From Candidatus Levyibacteriota bacterium (GTDB taxonomy: Bacteria; Patescibacteriota; Microgenomatia; Levybacterales; UBA12049), in NCBI GenBank assembly GCA_016186625.1, contig JACPLG010000008.1, positions 16,071-80,070 on the forward strand: a stretch of 64,000 nucleotides of DNA, written 5' to 3'. How positions within the stretch are numbered: the first letter of the stretch is position 1; the number at the start of each line of letters is the position of its first letter. The position numbers were made by a program, and so were the translations under genes. Positions 62,641-64,000 of this stretch are shown here, piece after piece. The notes under the pieces are model-generated. The model did not search any database. It saw nothing but the letters and a program-made list of their open reading frames with translations, and had not been told where the DNA came from.

Positions 62641-64000
62641 ATGGTTGACTATGGCTTTCGTTCGAGAAAGCGTCGAACAAGAATCAGGGCAAGACGAATA
62701 CCAAGAATTGATAGCAAAATTTTCCTCTACTCCAAGCTTTCCCGCTGGGCCCTGTTTGGTTTAATTGGCGGCGTATTTCTTATATTCGGGATGTTTCTCT
62801 GGTTCAGCCGTGATCTTCCTGAGCCGGGAAAATTAATTGAAGCCCAAGTTGAAAATTCCACAAGGATTTACGACAGAAATGATATCCCTCTTTATTCTGT
62901 ATATGAGGATGTTAACAGAACTTATGTGACTCTTGATGAAATTCCAAAAATACTTCAGGAAGCAACAATTGCAATTGAGGACAAAGATTTTTATGAAAAC
63001 GAAGGTTTTTCCATAACAGGATACATCCGAGGACTTCTAATTGACCCGATTTTAAGACGCCGAATTAGCGGAGGCTCAACAATTACCCAACAGCTTGTTA
63101 AAAATGTACTTTTGACTTCTGAGCGATCAATTCCCCGCAAGATAAAAGAACTGGTGCTGGCAATACAAGTCGATAAAAGATATTCAAAGGATGAAATATT
63201 AGAAATGTATCTTAACGATGTTCCGTACGGAGGAACAGCTATAGGCGTTGAAGCAGCAGCAGAAACATATTTTGGGAAAAAGGTAGAAGAGCTAAACCTT
63301 GCAGAGTCGGCTCTTCTTGCCGGTCTTCCGCAAAGTCCAAGTCTCTACTCCCCGTTTGCCGGGAATAAATATTACACTGGAAGAACACAGCAGGTTCTTA
63401 AGAACATGCGTGAAGAAGATTATATTACCAAAGATGAAGAAAAACGTGCGCTTGAAGAAGTAAAAAAGATGAAATTTTCCCAAAGAGATTCCTTATCAAT
63501 GAAAGCTCCCCATTTTGTCATCTATGTTAAGCAAATCTTAGCTTCACAGTTTGGTGAAGCCGCGGTTGAGACCGGAGGACTTGCGGTAAAAACGACTCTT
63601 GATTACGAGCTTCAAAAAAAAGCGCAAGATATTGTAGCGGAGGAAGTTGAAAAACTTAAAGGCTTTAGGGTTGGAAATGGAGCCGCAGTTGTTCAGGATC
63701 CTAAGACCGGCGAAATTCTAGCAATGGTGGGAAGTAAAGATTATTTTGATACCGATGCTGATGGAAATTTTAATGTAGCACTCGCAAACCGCCAGCCCGG
63801 GTCGTCTCTTAAGCCTGTTATGTACGCAACAGCTTTTGAGAAAGGATACAGCCCCTCAACGCTTATTATGGATGTTAGAACAGACTTTCCTACAAATGAG
63901 GAGGCAAAACCAATTTATACCCCGGTAAATTATGATGGAAAATTTAGGGGGCCGGTGCAGCTTAGGTTTGCTCTTGGGAATTCTTTAAATATCCCCGCAG
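62641..64000 (+). CDS. Class A penicillin-binding protein (PBP1A family), runs off the window
   Basis: TM, EDKDFY, GGSTITQQL, RKIKE, RQPGSSLKP, SLN. Confidence 0.93.
   Translation, partial: MVDYGFRSRKRRTRIRARRIPRIDSKIFLYSKLSRWALFGLIGGVFLIFGMFLWFSRDLPEPGKLIEAQVENSTRIYDRNDIPLYSVYEDVNRTYVTLDEIPKILQEATIAIEDKDFYENEGFSITGYIRGLLIDPILRRRISGGSTITQQLVKNVLLTSERSIPRKIKELVLAIQVDKRYSKDEILEMYLNDVPYGGTAIGVEAAAETYFGKKVEELNLAESALLAGLPQSPSLYSPFAGNKYYTGRTQQVLKNMREEDYITKDEEKRALEEVKKMKFSQRDSLSMKAPHFVIYVKQILASQFGEAAVETGGLAVKTTLDYELQKKAQDIVAEEVEKLKGFRVGNGAAVVQDPKTGEILAMVGSKDYFDTDADGNFNVALANRQPGSSLKPVMYATAFEKGYSPSTLIMDVRTDFPTNEEAKPIYTPVNYDGKFRGPVQLRFALGNSLNIPA

Noticed and set aside
62546-62764. Separate ORF or frameshift at the PBP start
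   Set aside because: The PBP frame is open from ATG 62641; the tracked ORF is an overlapping shadow.

Overview
AT-rich bacterial chromosome segment whose gene content and style (short RF1, leaderless TATAAT-ATG starts, type IV pilus cluster, heptamer repeats, small palindromic inserts) point to a Patescibacteria/CPR (Microgenomates-like) genome; this assignment is inferred. Housekeeping blocks (prfA-rpmE, hisS, dnaB, tRNA-Leu, pepA-efp, folD-gyrA-hppA-gyrB, pil operon, trmD-rpsP-rnc-nusB-rpmF-recG-tyrS-PBP1A) surround an accessory region at about 24.1-36 kb. The main discovery candidate is in that region: an integron-like array of about 10 gene cassettes (two Phd/YefM-RelE toxin-antitoxin pairs, an Mrr-like nuclease, a RipA-like membrane protein, small enzymes, a duplicated mini-cassette, a palindrome-only cassette). 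The cassettes are delimited by 11 direct copies of a ~17-bp site (minus strand TCTGCTATAATTGCCCC) that doubles as an extended -10 promoter for leaderless expression. The array lies between a candidate 28-bp dif-like site and a divergently oriented Xer-type tyrosine recombinase that lacks the IntI signature. Other observations: a MITE family that inserts at ATGAA start codons with a TGAA duplication (one copy holds a GIY-YIG remnant), a T-box riboswitch on an orphan/racemase operon, an NYN gene inserted in the hisS 5' end with a duplicated hisS start, a candidate attenuator mini-unit, and an internally deleted, frameshifted gyrB.
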